18,001 nucleotides of DNA from Candidatus Bathyarchaeia archaeon (GTDB lineage Archaea; Thermoproteota; Bathyarchaeia; Bathyarchaeales; Bathycorpusculaceae). A program made the translations under genes and the position numbers. The notes under the pieces were generated by a model that ran no database searches, was not told where the DNA came from, and worked only from the letters and a program-made list of their open reading frames with translations. This document shows positions 8,581 to 16,276 of the stretch, piece by piece. Positions within the stretch are counted from its first letter, which is position 1; each line of letters starts with the position of its first letter. The stretch spans positions 1 through 18,001 of the forward strand of contig JBEKTQ010000034.1 of the NCBI GenBank assembly GCA_049515895.1. Reading direction: 5' to 3'.

Positions 8581-8728
8581 GCAGACAGAGTGAGTGACAT
8601 ACAGAGACAGACTGACAGACAGACATTAGGCACGCACGCGGGCGGGGGAGAGTGCACGCGTTAGAGAGAACGTAGTCGTTAGAGTTAGTGAGTTCGAGAG
8701 AGAGAGAAAAAGATTAAATTTTAATCCC
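8581..8728. repeat. Low-complexity strand-biased repeat tract ending in a 15-bp palindrome
   Basis: Repeated (G)ACAG units, GCACGCG x2, GTTAGAG x2, a (GA)n run, then GATTAAATTTTAATC (8712-8726) followed by CC. Confidence 0.75.
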
Positions 8729-8835
8729 AAACCCAAAAACTGTTCTTACCTTAGCTAGCTATCATTTGGTGCATTTTGTATGACCAAAAATATAATAAAC
8801 AAAAACTAACAACCTTCAATCAGGAGATAAAATCG

Positions 8836-9153
8836 ATGCCATTTTGCAGTAAATGTGGTCAAGAGATACCCAATAACGCAAATTTCTGCCCAAATTGCGG
8901 AACGCAAATTGGAACTGTGGAAGAGACTTTTTCTGTTTCCTCTAACGACTTAGTTCGGAAAGTTAAGGAATTAGTCCACGAAGGAAATGTTAGACGAATA
9001 ATTATCCAGAACGAAGAGGGCAAAACTCTGCTTGAGATGCCTGTTACAATTGGGGTTATAGGCATGGTTTTAGTTCCATGGCTAGCAGCGATTGGGGCAA
9101 TTGCCGCCTTAGCTACGAAATGCACTATAGTTGTCCAAAGACAGAAAGAATAG
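8836..9153 (+). CDS. Zinc-ribbon + DUF4342 domain protein
   Basis: GGAGA RBS before ATG 8836. FCSKCG...FCPNCG followed by VKELVHEGNVRRIII...LLEMPVTIG...LAAIGAIAALATKCTIVV. Confidence 0.85.
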   Translation: MPFCSKCGQEIPNNANFCPNCGTQIGTVEETFSVSSNDLVRKVKELVHEGNVRRIIIQNEEGKTLLEMPVTIGVIGMVLVPWLAAIGAIAALATKCTIVVQRQKE

Positions 9154-9260
9154 CTAAAAGCGCGCTTGCCAACTTTTACGTAGAGGAGCGACTCCTTTAC
9201 ACTAGGATATGCCAGCAGCTCTATTCAACTCCGACTTATTTTGGTTGAGAGTTCAAGATA

Positions 9261-10169
9261 TTAATGTGCTCTAAAACCACGGTGTAAGCCGAGTTTCTTA
9301 GCGTAATCAACCACTCTGAAATATTCAGTTCGACTTGGTCTTCTGCTCAATTTCTCGTGTTCATAGGCTTTGCCGCATGGTCTGTACTGAGCCATTATGT
9401 TAACGTAGGATTCCTTGGAGAGTTCTGCAGCAAACTCTAAAACTTTCTCGCTTCCAGCAAGATTATTCGGTAACACAAGATGTCTGATTAGCAGTCCCCT
9501 GTAGGCAATCCCCTTCTTGTTAACTTTCAAGTCCCCTACTTGGCGATGCATCTCTCTGACAGCTTCTTTGCAGCGTTCGAAATAGTCCGGTGCGTTGGAG
9601 TACTTTTTTGCAGGCTCGCTTTCGCCGTACTTTATGTCTGGCTTGTAGATATCTACTATACCTTCGAGGAGTTTTATTGTCTCCACGTTTTCATAGCCGC
9701 TGCAGTTCCAGAATATGGGCAGCTTCAAACCTCTTGCGGCAGCGACAGAAATTGTTTTTACAAGCTGAGGTGTGTAGTGGGTTGGAGTAACCACGTTGAT
9801 GTTATGGCATCCCCTGCCCTGTAGTCTGAGCATTATTTCAGCTGTTTCGTCTATAGATACTTCTTTGCCGTAGCCTAGATGACTTGTCTCGTAGTTTTGG
9901 CAAAAGATGCACAGCAGGTTGCAGTTTGTTAAGAAGATTGTGCCGGAGCCGTTTCTACCGGTAATCTCTGGCTCTTCTCCAAAATGCGGGCCATAACTTG
10001 AAATTGTAAGTTCTACACCAGACCTGCAGTATCCTTTCTGTGCCTTTAATCTGTTCACTTTACATCGTCTTGGACAGAGCTCACATGACTCAAGTATGCT
10101 GTAAAGCCTCGCTATTCTTTCATCTAATTCTCCACTTTCGTACAGTTTAAGATAGCTTGGTTCAAACAT
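9261..10169 (-). CDS. pflX: Radical SAM protein, PflX-like
   Basis: CELCPRRCKVNR, HFGEEP, GSGTIF..CNLLCIFCQN (CX3CX2C), HNINVVTPTH, LIRHLVLP, NIMAQYRP. Confidence 0.9.
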   Translation of the reverse strand: MFEPSYLKLYESGELDERIARLYSILESCELCPRRCKVNRLKAQKGYCRSGVELTISSYGPHFGEEPEITGRNGSGTIFLTNCNLLCIFCQNYETSHLGYGKEVSIDETAEIMLRLQGRGCHNINVVTPTHYTPQLVKTISVAAARGLKLPIFWNCSGYENVETIKLLEGIVDIYKPDIKYGESEPAKKYSNAPDYFERCKEAVREMHRQVGDLKVNKKGIAYRGLLIRHLVLPNNLAGSEKVLEFAAELSKESYVNIMAQYRPCGKAYEHEKLSRRPSRTEYFRVVDYAKKLGLHRGFRAH

Positions 10170-10376
10170 GCGAAATAGGCTCCGAGCAAGTTTGAGCGAG
10201 AACCTTTAAGGTTAAGGTTTAATTAAAAGATGGCAGGTGAATCTTTCTCAGCGAGCTTTACACGCTGCAAAAATTATGGGGTCTCAGTCGCCTTCAAAGC
10301 CCATTCAGGGTCGCTAGTAGCGCCCTGTAACGAGCGCGGAAAAGAAAAAGGTGGAAAGTACATATTCTCCCCGTGC

Positions 10377-10395
10377 GGTTCGAGTCCCAGCGGCC
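10377..10395 (+). repeat. Degenerate tRNA-3'-end-like sequence, copy 1
   Basis: GGTTCGAGTCCCAGCGGCC resembles T-loop plus acceptor strand; 16/19 identical to 16007-16025. Confidence 0.35.
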
Positions 10396-10472
10396 TGCTA
10401 TTATGAAAACGGGTTGGCTGTATCTGAAGAAATGTTGTCAGATGAATGAAAAAATGGAAAAGGAGGTCAATT

Positions 10473-10727
10473 ATGAGAAAGCAAGATAAAACAATGCCAC
10501 TTACCCGACCTGACGGAGGCTTGGCGTTCACATCTGAGGATAGAGCTTGGCAAATCTATCGTTTAAGAACCTTTGGAATGTCCAATGATAAAATTAAAGA
10601 ACTAATGTCCGTTTCAAATGAAGAGTTTGACTTCTGTGCTACCCTAATACCGAAGCTCAGAAGAAAATTTGCGGCAACTTCAAGAAGAATCCTGACATCT
10701 GTAAGTATCTGTCGAGTTAAATACTGA
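10473..10727 (+). CDS. Small hypothetical protein, possible HTH
   Basis: GGAGGT RBS before ATG 10473. IYRLRTFGMSNDKIKELMSVS resembles an HTH. Confidence 0.55.
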   Translation: MRKQDKTMPLTRPDGGLAFTSEDRAWQIYRLRTFGMSNDKIKELMSVSNEEFDFCATLIPKLRRKFAATSRRILTSVSICRVKY

Positions 10728-11075
10728 AAATTGAAGACATAGATTTAAGTTGAACTATCAATTCTTTTCACATCTGAACACTTTGCTATTTGCGGTACGC
10801 ACTGAGTAGCTTTCTGGCTAATATTACCAAACCATTGATAGAATGAAAGTCGAACTTCAGTCTCTAGTTAAAAGGTGGAAGAGGATCTTCGCGCATTCGG
10901 GCAAAAAAATGATTGAGCGATTCAATGCCGGCATCAATTAGTATTGGCTGCTTGCCTGTTAAGGGGGCTTCTTAATTCACTCAATAGTTGGTCGCGACTT
11001 TTTGACACACCAAAGACTTTGTCGCCAAGAAATCTAAAAAAGCTCCCAGAAGGCCTTTGGCATTTTCAGGCACAA

Positions 11076-11288
11076 TTACTCATCTCTTACTAAAACAATT
11101 ATCATACATGACGCATTATTAATTGATTCAGGAATTACAGAAAAAATTCTCCAGCCTTCTTTCAGATAGCCATTAACTCTATTTTGAAAGTCTATTAATT
11201 TCTCTGGTACAGTAACATAAGTATTAACTTCTTTAATTGATTTCACTGTGGTTGCAAAATTACGCTGAATTAATTTTATTTGCTGAAT
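11076..11288 (-). CDS. Unannotated 70-aa protein (DUF1737/DUF4177-like), probable ATT start
   Basis: GAGGCG RBS, then ATT at 11288 (in-frame TGA just upstream). Sequence IQQIKLIQR...FQNRVNGYLKEGWRIFSVIP...MIIVLVRDE. Start lies 40 bp from the 62-bp element, similar to the other two target genes. Confidence 0.6.
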   Translation of the reverse strand: MQQIKLIQRNFATTVKSIKEVNTYVTVPEKLIDFQNRVNGYLKEGWRIFSVIPESINNASCMIIVLVRDE

Positions 11289-11327
11289 TTTTTCGCCTCA
11301 CAAAAAACTATTTTACAATCCTAAGTT

Positions 11328-11389
11328 ATAAAGTTACTTTACTTAGTAAACTATTTAAATATAAGCTAACATAAAGTAAAGCAAGTAAC
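11328..11389 (+). promoter_or_regulatory. 62-bp bidirectional promoter/operator element, copy 1
   Basis: ATAAAGTTACTTTACTTAGTAAACTATTTAAATATAAGCTAACATAAAGTAAAGCAAGTAAC; 53/62 identical to copy 2 and 55/62 to copy 3; central TATA-like core. Confidence 0.85.
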
Positions 11390-11404
11390 CGAAGATGAAA
11401 AAAT

Positions 11405-11776
11405 ATGGTTCAAGGTCAACCAAATAAAGAACAAGTTATGAATATGATTGAGCAGACAGTAGAAATAATTGGCGATAAATGGAGCTTCCTCATAATTTGC
11501 GAAATTGCTTTTGTAAAAAGCCCCAGCAGATTCAACGAAATAATGAAGGAACTAAAACCTATAAGCTCAAGAACGTTATCAATAAAACTGTCCAAATTAG
11601 CCGATAACGGGATCGTTGAAAAAACTGTCGAAAACGCCTCACCGCCGTATACCAAGTACTCTCTAACGGAAAAAGGCAAAGACGCAGTCAATGTGTTAAT
11701 AGCAATGGGCGAATGGGGTTTTAAATGGCTATGTCCAGACTTAAAGCAAACCTGCGGCGAAAGAACAGGCATGTGA
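11405..11776 (+). CDS. HxlR-family (DUF24) winged-helix regulator
   Basis: IIGDKWSFLII...RFNEI...ISSRTLSIKLSKL...PPYTKYSLTEKG...MGEWG. Confidence 0.93.
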   Translation: MVQGQPNKEQVMNMIEQTVEIIGDKWSFLIICEIAFVKSPSRFNEIMKELKPISSRTLSIKLSKLADNGIVEKTVENASPPYTKYSLTEKGKDAVNVLIAMGEWGFKWLCPDLKQTCGERTGM

Positions 11777-11811
11777 AAATTCGCAAATCAACTACAGCTA
11801 TTTTTGCAACT

Positions 11812-11945
11812 TCAAGAGTGCTGAAGCCTGTTCGCTGAATCTCTCATCACGGCCACGACCGTTGCATCAAGCTTGGCAAGACCGATTGCTGTGGCCTTTT
11901 CGATTCCACCGCTTGTCCCGTAACAACGCAAACCTTCCCTTTCAT
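11812..11945 (-). pseudogene. N-terminal remnant of an SDR-family oxidoreductase
   Basis: MKGKVCVVTG, a frameshift, then SGGIEKATAIGLAKLDATVVAVMRDS: a broken TGxxxGIG Rossmann motif. Confidence 0.75.
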
Positions 11946-11959
11946 GCTTACGGAGCTCA

Positions 11960-12726
11960 TTAACTAATCACCTTCCGGAACTGATACAATGTCGCCGCGA
12001 TGGTCACAAGGGCGATAAATCCAATCACAGCATATGCAGACACTATTGTGCTCCAAGTCAACCCGCCTTGAATTAAGGCACGTATTACATTGGAAGCATA
12101 ACTCACCGGATTATACTTCGAGACAGTTTGCGCCCAAGCAGGGAAGAATGCAGCAGGGAACAGAGCGCTACTTATAAAGAGAAGCGAGATGGAGAAGGCG
12201 AATTGAAGCGAAGAGATTGTCTCGGTTTTCCTAGTCCTTATCGCAACCACAAGAAATATCCCTGAAAGAGCTAACTCAAAGAATGCGGCTGTCACCAGAA
12301 TAAGCAGCACTCCTAGAAGTCCTGTGACGATTGTGACACCCATTGCAATCGCAATAGCAAGTATAATAATCGACTGTGCTAGTACAACTAAGATATCAGT
12401 CAGCAACCTGCCTAGAAGGATTGCCGGTCTATTGACCCGAGTTAGCAGCATCTTCGAGAGGAAGCCCGAATTCAGGTCATTCGCAATCGAGATCCCTGAA
12501 AGAGGCGAAGCATTCAAGGCGGTTAGCACAACAACCCCTGGCGTCAAATATGTGAGGTAGCTTCCGGAGACACCGGGAAAGATGCTGAGTTTTTGAAGCA
12601 ACTGCGAAAAAGGAGGAGAAGCAGCACGGGAGTACCAATATTCGTCACTAGCAAGGTAGGATTCCTAACAAGCTTCGTCAGGTATCTCACGAGAAGCGAT
12701 TGTATATCGTAGAATAATGTCAACAC
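11960..12726 (-). pseudogene. ABC-2 type exporter permease split by a 1-nt frameshift
   Basis: ORFs 12544-12726 and 11960-12601 join into about 255 aa if the A5 run at 12607-12611 were A6 (LLF-SQLLQKLS). May be a sequencing error. Confidence 0.8.
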
Positions 12727-12734
12727 CGATCATC

Positions 12735-13730
12735 TCAATACAGGAAGGGCTCGGTTTCCTTCCTGCCAAGCTCCTCTGACCTAATCCTCCTGCCCGTCTG
12801 ACGCAGAAAGACATCGTCTAAAGTCGGAGAGGAGATATTGAGAAAGGCCAGACGAATGTTATTTCGGTCGAGCAATGTCACAACATCGGCGATTATCTGA
12901 CCAGCGTTCTTCGCATAGGCAATAACACCACTATCCGAATCCACGACATTGGTGACTTCTTGGATCGTTTTGAGAATCTCCTTTGTTTTTGATCTCAAGG
13001 AAGCGTTCGTCCCGTCTTTCAGCGTCAACGTTATCGTATCGCCTCCCAACGCGCCTTTGAGATCCGAAGGAGAACCACTCGCGATGAGCTTACCATGATC
13101 TATTATAGAGAGCTCCCGACAAAGCCGGTCAGCTTCCTCCAAATACTGCGTAGTCAAGAAGATCGTTATGCCTTCTTCCTTATTCAATTTCTCCAGATAA
13201 TCCCAGATGGCAGTCCGAGACTGTGTATCAAGTCCTGTGGTCGGCTCATCCAAGAATAACAACTTCGGCTTGTGAATGAGAGCTGAAGCCAAGTCCAACC
13301 TCTTCCTCATCCCGCCCGAGTAGCGACCTGCTGGTTTCTTCGCAACATCCTCAAGCTGCACTAGCTTCAAGAGCTCATTCACGCGTTCCTCAAGAACGCG
13401 ACCATGAAGCTGTTGCATCCGACCCTGGAGATGTAGATTTTCTCTCCCGGTTAGGTCCACATCCAGAATTGCTTCCTGGTTCAACACACCGATAACACTT
13501 CGGATTTCCCCTGCAGATTTGTCTAAATCGTAACCGGCAACTGAGACTCTGCCTGATGTCTTCCTCAGAAGCGTGGTTAGTGTCTTTATCGTGGTACTCT
13601 TCCCAGCCCCGTTCGGACCCAAAAAGCCGAAGAACTCTCCCTCTTTCACACTAAACGAAATACCATCGACTGCTCGTGTCCCATCGGGATAAACCACTAC
13701 GAGGTTATCTACTGTAATTATGTCTTGCAA
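12735..13730 (-). CDS. ABC exporter ATP-binding subunit (DrrA-like)
   Basis: GPNGAGKST, YSGGMRKRL, LFLDEPTTGLD, C-terminal PTLDDVFLRQTG. Confidence 0.95.
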   Translation of the reverse strand: MQDIITVDNLVVVYPDGTRAVDGISFSVKEGEFFGFLGPNGAGKSTTIKTLTTLLRKTSGRVSVAGYDLDKSAGEIRSVIGVLNQEAILDVDLTGRENLHLQGRMQQLHGRVLEERVNELLKLVQLEDVAKKPAGRYSGGMRKRLDLASALIHKPKLLFLDEPTTGLDTQSRTAIWDYLEKLNKEEGITIFLTTQYLEEADRLCRELSIIDHGKLIASGSPSDLKGALGGDTITLTLKDGTNASLRSKTKEILKTIQEVTNVVDSDSGVIAYAKNAGQIIADVVTLLDRNNIRLAFLNISSPTLDDVFLRQTGRRIRSEELGRKETEPFLY

Positions 13731-13770
13731 TATTTCAGTCCTCTAACTGGAAGCTAAATGGCTAATTATT

Positions 13771-13832
13771 GTAAAGTAACTTCACTTTGTAAACTATTTA
13801 AGTCTAAGCTAACAAGCAGTAAAGCAAGTAAC
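13771..13832 (+). promoter_or_regulatory. 62-bp promoter/operator element, copy 2
   Basis: GTAAAGTAACTTCACTTTGTAAACTATTTAAGTCTAAGCTAACAAGCAGTAAAGCAAGTAAC; 41 bp from the ABC ATPase start. Confidence 0.85.
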
Positions 13833-13852
13833 CTCCTTGTTGTAACATAATT

Positions 13853-13938
13853 TTGGTTGAGCAAACAGTGCCGTTATCGGGGATAAGTGGAACCCCGCTC
13901 ATACAGGGAACTTGCATTTGGACTGACGCCTTATTGGT
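13853..13938 (+). pseudogene. Frameshifted hxlR fragment
   Basis: Reads VEQTV/AVIGDKW/PLI/RELAFG across small indels, versus IEQTVEIIGDKWSFLIICEIAFV in the intact HxlR. Confidence 0.75.
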
Positions 13939-13949
13939 TGGTTTCCGGC

Positions 13950-13997
13950 GTCAATCATATTCGTAATTTGTTCTTTACTTGGGTGATCTTGAACCAA
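13950..13997 (-). pseudogene. hxlR N-terminal fragment
   Basis: TTG start giving MVQDHPSKEQITNMID, versus MVQGQPNKEQVMNMIE of the intact HxlR; 17 bp from element copy 3. Confidence 0.8.
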
Positions 13998-14013
13998 ATT
14001 TTGTACCGCTGCT

Positions 14014-14075
14014 GTTACTTGCTTTACTTTATGTTAGCTTATGCTTAAATACTTTATAAAGTAAATTAACTTTAC
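14014..14075 (-). promoter_or_regulatory. 62-bp promoter/operator element, copy 3 (inverted)
   Basis: Reverse complement GTAAAGTTAATTTACTTTATAAAGTATTTAAGCATAAGCTAACATAAAGTAAAGCAAGTAAC; 34 bp before the Rieske ATG. Confidence 0.85.
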
Positions 14076-14108
14076 AGATTCTTAAGTTAAAAATTACCAG
14101 GTGAATAA

Positions 14109-14522
14109 ATGGTACTTGTGAAAGTTGCTAAAAAAGTTGATATTCCTATAGGTAAGATGGTGCATTTGGAAGTTGATGGAAAAGAGATAATGATTGCTAA
14201 CGTGGACGAAAAGTTCTATGCCCTTGAGGATAGATGTGGACACATGAATGCACGACTTTCAATGGGCACGCTAGCTAATACAGTTGTTACGTGTCCTTGG
14301 CACTCTTCAACATTTGACGTAACTACAGGAAAATTAATTTCTGGACCCAAACCGATGCAAGGCAGTGTTGCTGACGTATTTGCAAAATGCCCAGAGGAGG
14401 TCCAAAAAACGATGATGCAGATGGCTCAGCGTATGGGCGAAATCCAGAGCGTAATCAAAACTTACAACAGACTTGTTTACGAAGTGAAAGTAGATGGCAA
14501 CGACTTATTCATTAACATCTAA
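14109..14522 (+). CDS. Rieske [2Fe-2S] ferredoxin with helical insertion
   Basis: CGH...CPWH ligands; GGTGA RBS. Confidence 0.92.
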   Translation: MVLVKVAKKVDIPIGKMVHLEVDGKEIMIANVDEKFYALEDRCGHMNARLSMGTLANTVVTCPWHSSTFDVTTGKLISGPKPMQGSVADVFAKCPEEVQKTMMQMAQRMGEIQSVIKTYNRLVYEVKVDGNDLFINI

Positions 14523-14629
14523 ACATGAATGCTTCAGTTTCCTTGGCTTCTCCAGAGGAGAAAAACGGAAAGGGACAAAAATTCTCTTCTTAATTTCAGC
14601 AATTATTAAACATCTGCATAGGTGATTTT

Positions 14630-15106
14630 TTGTCTGTTAAAGTTGGCGATAAAGCTCCAGATTTCACACTTCCTTCCCAAATGGGGGACAATGTGACTCT
14701 TTCAGAATTCTTCGGGAAGAAAAACGTTGTTTTATACTTTTATCCAAAAGATGAAACGCCTGGATGCACAAGGGAGGCATGCAGTTTCAGAGATAGCTAC
14801 CAAGAACTAACAAATTTGGGTGCTGAAGTGCTGGGCGTTAGTGGGCAAAGTGTTGAGTCACATAAGTCTTTTGCAACACATCACGGCTTACCATTCATAC
14901 TGTTAAGCGACGAAGATAACAAGATTCGCAAACTATACGGTGTTCCCCAATCAATGGGCATACTTCCCGGACGAGTCACATACATAATTGATAAGCAAGG
15001 CATTGTAAGGCACATTTTCAATTCCCAAACCCAAACTCAACGGCACGTAGAAGAAGCAAAAAACACACTAAAGGAACTGGAAAAAGAACAGGAGCTTCAC
15101 CCTTAA
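14630..15106 (+). CDS. bcp: Peroxiredoxin, BCP/PrxQ family
   Basis: [34 protein letters not shown]. Confidence 0.93.
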   Translation: MSVKVGDKAPDFTLPSQMGDNVTLSEFFGKKNVVLYFYPKDETPGCTREACSFRDSYQELTNLGAEVLGVSGQSVESHKSFATHHGLPFILLSDEDNKIRKLYGVPQSMGILPGRVTYIIDKQGIVRHIFNSQTQTQRHVEEAKNTLKELEKEQELHP

Positions 15107-15128
15107 GTGACCAGGAGCAAACAGTAAT

Positions 15129-15320
15129 ATGTCCAGTAAAGAGCACAAAAATCTTCTTCGTTCCAAAAAAGATATTCATTCAAGCGCTCAACGATTTGAC
15201 AATGGGAAATCGAATCTTCATAATTTTGAGAATGAAAGCAACCTTGCAGATATTCCTTTGGAAGTTAGAAAAAGGGAAGCGGAAAAGCCTCTCTTTCTCA
15301 CCCGTTACGAATACACGTAA
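15129..15320 (+). CDS. Hypothetical 63-aa protein
   Basis: AGGAG upstream and co-oriented with bcp; no recognisable motif. Confidence 0.4.
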   Translation: MSSKEHKNLLRSKKDIHSSAQRFDNGKSNLHNFENESNLADIPLEVRKREAEKPLFLTRYEYT

Positions 15321-15426
15321 GAGTTTAGTTAGTAGGAAAGGAACCTTGACAAAAAACATCAGCGGTTAGAATTTAACGCTATGATAGAAAAGCAAAAACA
15401 AAAAATGAACAGAGGAGGTGGAAAAA

Positions 15427-15765
15427 TTGACTCTTGTTAAAGTTGCTGAAATATCAGAAATACCATCGGGTCAAATGAAGACTGTAAAACTTGCCGAAAA
15501 AGAAGTCTTGATAGCCAACGTGAACGGCGTCTATTACGCAATCGGAAATATTTGCACACACCAACGCGGCGACCTTTCAAAAGGAACGTTAGAAGGAATC
15601 ACAGTGACATGCCCCAAGCACAAGTCAAAATTTGACGTAACAACTGGCAAAGTAATTTCTGGCCCAAAAATTCCTTTAATGCACCCAAAAATCAAAGACG
15701 AACCAACTTATGTAGTGAAAGTTGAAGGGAAAGACATCCTACTAGAGGCTCCGCAGTCAGTTTAG
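15427..15765 (+). CDS. Rieske [2Fe-2S] ferredoxin
   Basis: CTH...CPKH ligands. TTG 15427 after GGAGGTGG gives MTLVKVA, matching the paralog's MVLVKVA. Confidence 0.92.
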   Translation: MTLVKVAEISEIPSGQMKTVKLAEKEVLIANVNGVYYAIGNICTHQRGDLSKGTLEGITVTCPKHKSKFDVTTGKVISGPKIPLMHPKIKDEPTYVVKVEGKDILLEAPQSV

Positions 15766-16004
15766 ATGGATATGGCAATTGGAACTAAAGAAGAAATTCG
15801 TGCTTCCAACACATGCCCAGCAGGATCTACTGACTTGGCCCAAAATTCCTCCACGTGCGGCTCACTTATTGCGAAGAAAGGTTTGTCCTAAATTGATTCA
15901 GAACTCGCTTAATAAATTAATGCATCCCAACTGGACCAGCCATGACTGAAAAAACATTTATTTCCTGTAACAACGTTGCCAGTTAATGGTGTACTAGAAC
16001 CGTT

Positions 16005-16028
16005 TGGGTTCGGGACCCAGTGGCCCCA
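16005..16028 (+). repeat. Degenerate tRNA-3'-end-like sequence, copy 2
   Basis: TGGGTTCGGGACCCAGTGGCCCCA: T-stem/loop plus acceptor-like strand, followed by a T run. Confidence 0.35.
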
Positions 16029-16276
16029 CTTTTTGTCTAATTTCTGCCTAATTCTTGCTCGCTTCTTGCACTCTCAATATTTTAGCTCCTGCCGCTCGCG
16101 CGCTTACTTTGAAATATTGAAGAGCCTTTTTTTAGGGTAGTCTTTGCATTCGTAGATTCGCAGTTGCCTTTGCGGTTCGATTCGGCATCTTTTGCGAGCA
16201 TTCTTTCGTCTAATCAGAGGGGCAAACCCGAAAAAGGGGCATTTGTTGCAAAGTGTACTCGTACATGTGCCTCCGC

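Larger units (their letters stand above)
4720..8728. mobile_element. Candidate Cas1-solo integrative element (boundaries approximate)
   Basis: Compact cas1 + regulator / divergent MGE-type operon / cargo layout with a repeat-rich right flank. No paired TIR or target-site duplication was found. Confidence 0.5.

Noticed and set aside
9180-9200. Hairpin GTAGAGGAG-CGA-CTCCTTTAC between convergent genes
   Set aside because: Plausible terminator-like structure but short and unremarkable.
10330-10400. Complete tRNA gene
   Set aside because: No D-arm, anticodon arm or 5' acceptor strand; the T-stem is mismatched.
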